A stretch of DNA of 64,000 nucleotides. It comes from Candidatus Bathyarchaeota archaeon (GTDB lineage Archaea > Thermoproteota > Bathyarchaeia > Bathyarchaeales > Bathycorpusculaceae). Shown here piece after piece: positions 60,196 to 64,000 of the stretch. Each line of letters begins with the position of its first letter. Position 1 is the stretch's first letter. The DNA lies in assembly GCA_963702095.1 (NCBI GenBank), contig OY969706.1:1280001-1344000 (forward strand), in the 5' to 3' direction. The translations under genes were made by a program, and so were the position numbers. The notes beneath the pieces are model-generated. The model saw only the letters and a list, made by a program, of their open reading frames with translations, ran no database searches and was not told the DNA's origin.

Positions 60196-62650
60196 CTACG
60201 TTTGCTTCTTCTTAATTACCCCTGCCAAAACCAAAGCCGTGGAAGCCACAATCAAAAGCAGCACCAAGACAAACGAAAACTCAGGCACTGTCGGCGTAGA
60301 TGACGGCTGGGTAATCGGTATATCCGTTGGGGTATTGACGGGTTGGGCTGGTGTCGGAGAAGATGTTGTGGTCGAAGTTGTCGGCGAAGTGGAGGCGTGT
60401 GGGTTTTGGGTTGCTTGGGGCAGTTGTAGAGTAACGGTGCAGCTGTATGGGACAGAAACAACGCCTGCGGTATCTTTGAATTCCACCGAAACCGTTTTGG
60501 CGCCATCGCCATCGGTCAGCATCCACTCTTTGAAGGGTGAGTAGGGCTCCCAACCTGTCCAGTCGCCGTCTTCGTTGGCAAATCGCATATTTGCCACTCC
60601 TGAAAGGGAATCCTCTGCGAAGAGGGATAGGCTGATTTGCCGTGTCTGGGTTTCTGTGACGCTGGGCGTTATTGAGCCTGTGGGAGCGGTCTTGTCCAGT
60701 TTAATGTTGGTTACGTTGACGCGGGGGAGTTTATAGAAGGTTTGTATCAGGGAGGTTCCAGAGGCTCCAATACGTCAAAGTGTTATCTGCGCCTTCGATG
60801 GTTATGGTGGGTTGCCCGTTTGCGGTCACGTTTTGGATGTCTTCGCCGTTTATTTGATAAAACGTCTCGTTTACCGCTGAGTCAGGCGCCAAGTTTATCG
60901 TGAAGTCGTCTGTATGCCACTGGTCTTGGCAGTCGTTGGCTACGATTGGCAATCGTGATAGGTTAACGGCAAAGTTGGCTGCTCCATCGTTTATCGTTAA
61001 GGTGTGTTTCCCCGCTGTTGTGATTGGAACAGTGATTGCAGTGTTAAAGCTGCCTGTGGCATCGACTGATGTGCTGGCGACGTTTACTCCATCCCAGAGC
61101 AGAGAAACCAAACCACTGCTTGGGTTGAACCATTGCCCCCTAATAGGCAAGTTATCACCGCTCTGCACCAACACTCCACTCGACAAATCAGTGCCGTTAC
61201 CGAACACCCCCTCTGCGGACACATTACCAAGCTGCGCTAAACCCCTACGGTATTCGACATAAGGCACAGTGGTGTTGTAGGCATATCCGTTGCTGTTGTC
61301 CACCGCACGAAAGACTATGTTATCGAAGAGTTGTGGGTTGTCGCCTGATGTGTTGTTTTGTAAAAGGTCGAGAGCATTCAGGCTGTAAGTAAAGTTTCCA
61401 GCGGTGGTTGCAATGTTGTTTGCTATAGTTGCCCATGACGAGGTAACTGGGTTGGCATAAGAGAGGTTCACTGAATCGCCCAAGAAACCTGAGCCGTTAA
61501 GTGTTATTGGTGTTCCCGCTGACCCCGAAGTAGGGGAAACGTAAAAGGATACTCCGAAATTAAATGTTAAGGGGCTGCCTAAACCTGTAACGCAGTCATA
61601 TCCTTGTGCGGCAGTGTATGCTCCGTTTGACCCGGAAACTATATCTCGGAAGTAGCTGGAATAGGTTGATGTTGCTTTCTGGTAAAGATTATTATTTATA
61701 GCAGAACACGCCAAGGCATGGATGGCAGCCCATTGAGGAGCACCAGCACTTGTGCCACCAATAGGATACCATAGGCCATCATAATAGACCGCCACCCCTG
61801 CACCAGCGTTGTAAGAGATATCAGGAACATAGCGTTTAGAGCCCGTTAACCCATAATCTCTCTGGTAATCAGGTATGGGTTCATACGCGCTAACGCCTCC
61901 ACCGCTGCCACTCCAACCTGTTTCTGAAACCGAGCCGTCACCATTAAAACTAAGCACCGTTCCTCCAACCGACACTACATTGGGCGAAACTGCCGGGTAA
62001 GTTATGCCTGCTCCGTCGTCTCCTGAAGAAGCGAAGAAAACAATACCTGGCTGGTCAAAATGATAATCCCACATTGCCTCATATGAAGGTTCATCTCCGA
62101 TAGTCCCCCAACTCATCGAAACCGCAACTACGTCTGGCTGACTTGTAGCGTAATCAATTGCTTGAAAAAGCGAGTTTGTATCAGCGCCTTTTGCTGTTAC
62201 CAATAGTATAGTTGCCTGAGGTGCGATGGCATGTGCCCACTCCACATCAAGACATGTCTCTTGAGGCCAGCTACTGCTTGGCGCTGTCGTTACTCCAGCC
62301 ATTTTGTGAACAATGAATTTGCCTGTACTATTATCTGGTAAACCATACTGATTACAGAAAACGGTATAATCGTCTAGAATTGTTGGCGTATCATAAGCGA
62401 CAATAATTGCTATTGTGCACCCGGCACCTCCTATTGAAGGCAGATTGTAGGCAGTTCTTATTTGGTTTGGAGAGTAGCCTTGGGGCGTAGAAGACCCGAT
62501 CAGAGGCGAAAAATGCATTGGGTGCACTAGCAAAATGTCTTGGGATGGCTCGGGCATTTCTTGTGAAGCCAGAGGCAGGGTTATAGAAATCAGTAAGAAT
62601 ATGATTGCTATGGCTGATATGGTTGGCTTGGCCGGGTTCACTATAATCAT
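60196..62650 (-). CDS. S53 (sedolisin-like) peptidase with Ig-like domains and PEF-CTERM, apparent frameshift near 60735
   Basis: E..LDVEW, SSGD.G, GGTSAGAP; the shifted frame continues as LDKTAPTGS...VPEF + TM. Confidence 0.85.
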
Positions 62651-62810
62651 TGTCCTGTTATGGTTGATTTGCCATGCCCAAATAACTGTTAGCTCTTACC
62701 TATGTAAAATGGCGTCAGCATTCTTTTATGCCTTATGAATTCCTAAGCTGTACTCTAAAAATCGCTTTACCGCTAATTAGTTTGTGATTAGTGTGAGGAA
62801 AAACCAGTCG

Positions 62811-62990
62811 ATACATGCCCCCACATACACATCCAGTCCGCTTCAACATAGAGGCATGCTGGGCGTGTGGAGAAAAACTCTTATGCCACACCGAAACAGA
62901 CGCCAAAAACCGTTGCAAACCAAAAAAGCAAACGCCATCACTTGCGGTCTTGCGGCACCCCCTAAACCGCCACACCCACATAAAGAAAGA
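62811..62990 (+). repeat. R1 dispersed structured repeat, copy A
   Basis: Gapless alignment with copies B, C and E. Confidence 0.92.
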
Positions 62991-62999
62991 AAAAGGGTG

Positions 63000-64000
63000 T
63001 TAGGGGTAGAATCGTCTTGTGGTTCTTGGGAACGGTATGGCGTCGATGATGTTGTCTAAGTCAAGCATCCATACCAGCAGCCGCTCCACCCCCATGCCGA
63101 AGCCCACATGCGGCACCGACCCGTAGCGTCTTAGGTCTATGTACCACTCGTAGTCTTCCGGTTTTAAGCCCTGCTCTTTCATGCGGGCGATGAGGATGTC
63201 TTTGTTGTCTTCTCTTGAGCCGCCAGTGCTGATTTCACCTATGCGGGGCACCATCATGTCAACCGACATTGCGACTTCGGGGTGTTCTTTGTAGGTTTTA
63301 CAGTAGAAGGCTTTAATCGCGGTTGGGTAATCGTAGACAAAGAAAGGCTTGCCGAAGTCTTCCGCCAAAACTTTTTCGTCTTCATAGCCGAGGTCCGCTC
63401 CCCAATCCAATGCGGGGTTTTTGGGTTTGAGGCGTTCGATGGCTTCTTTGTAGGTTATGCGTGGAAAGGGTGCTTTGACGGCTTTTAGTTTCTCTATGTC
63501 TGCGCCGAGTTCTTTGAATTCCATCACGCATCGGGCGGCAACGGTTTGGCAGATGTACTCCATTAAGCCCTCTTCGAATCTCATAAGGTCGCCCATATCC
63601 GCAAATGCCCATTCGCCCTCCATATGCCAGTACTCAGTTAAATGCCGAATTGTGCGGCTCTTCTCAGCCCGGAAAGACGGAGCAATACAGTAGACTTTTT
63701 CAAGTGAGAACATGAGGATTTCAAGGTAGAGTTGGCTGCTCTGGGTTAAGTATAGTTCTTGGTCAAAGTATTTCAGCGCAAACAGTGTGCTGCCGCCTTC
63801 AACCGCCGCAGAAATAAACATCGGCGGAGAAACTTCGATGAACGCCTGTTGTTCAAAGTATTCACGGGCAGCCTGCAAGGTTTCTGCGCGTACCTTCATA
63901 ACAAGGTTCATTTTTCGGCTACGCAGCCAAAGATGACGCATATCACGGATAAATTCCTCGCTTTTATCCTTGCTGATGGGGAAATTCTCGGCTAAGCCTA
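63000..64000 (-). CDS. asnS: Asparagine--tRNA ligase (5' partial)
   Basis: YLTQSSQLYLE, FRAEKSRT.RHLTEYW, YGSVPH.GFG.G.ER. Confidence 0.88.
   Translation of the reverse strand, partial: GLAENFPISKDKSEEFIRDMRHLWLRSRKMNLVMKVRAETLQAAREYFEQQAFIEVSPPMFISAAVEGGSTLFALKYFDQELYLTQSSQLYLEILMFSLEKVYCIAPSFRAEKSRTIRHLTEYWHMEGEWAFADMGDLMRFEEGLMEYICQTVAARCVMEFKELGADIEKLKAVKAPFPRITYKEAIERLKPKNPALDWGADLGYEDEKVLAEDFGKPFFVYDYPTAIKAFYCKTYKEHPEVAMSVDMMVPRIGEISTGGSREDNKDILIARMKEQGLKPEDYEWYIDLRRYGSVPHVGFGMGVERLLVWMLDLDNIIDAIPFPRTTRRFYP

Noticed and set aside
19871-62990. R1 or R2 as a CRISPR array or classical MITE
   Set aside because: Copies are kilobases apart, with no repeat-spacer periodicity, no cas genes and no clear terminal inverted repeats or target-site duplications.
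62815-63003. R1 as a small CxxC protein family (…CWACGEK…HTETDA…NRHTHIK)
   Set aside because: Copy D has an in-frame TAG and a 1-nt deletion, there is no consistently shared start or stop, and substitutions are largely non-synonymous. Peptide similarity follows from DNA similarity.

Overview
This is an archaeal chromosome segment, most consistent with Bathyarchaeia/TACK by inference from gene content: ESCRT-III/CdvB, archaeal DnaG, PolB, PyrH, AsnRS, PEF-CTERM and PQQ-like beta-propeller surface proteins, and many TTG starts. It is mostly housekeeping, transport and cell-surface genes: six ABC exporter loci, acs with an acetate transporter, a P-type ATPase, MMPL and MFS. I found no rRNA, tRNA, CRISPR array, transposase or integrase. 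The most unusual signal is non-coding. (1) A dispersed ~180-bp repeat family (R1) occurs as five full, almost indel-free copies plus one fragment and folds into several hairpins with G-U pairs and one compensatory change. (2) A ~40-bp hairpin repeat (R2) brackets two single accessory genes as direct repeats in the same relative orientation; one gene is a HEPN-like protein. (3) Two highly base-paired candidate ncRNAs (29794-30103 and 30305-30437) sandwich one R1 copy and share modules with other intergenic regions. Also notable: an orphan contractile tail-sheath gene, a PolB with degenerate proofreading motifs, dnaG apparently starting at ACG, a 12-bp-periodic GATATCA array upstream of a PadR gene, and two unannotated 43-aa ORFs. 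Several single-base frameshifts in short homopolymers suggest sequencing errors. All alignments and folds were done by eye.
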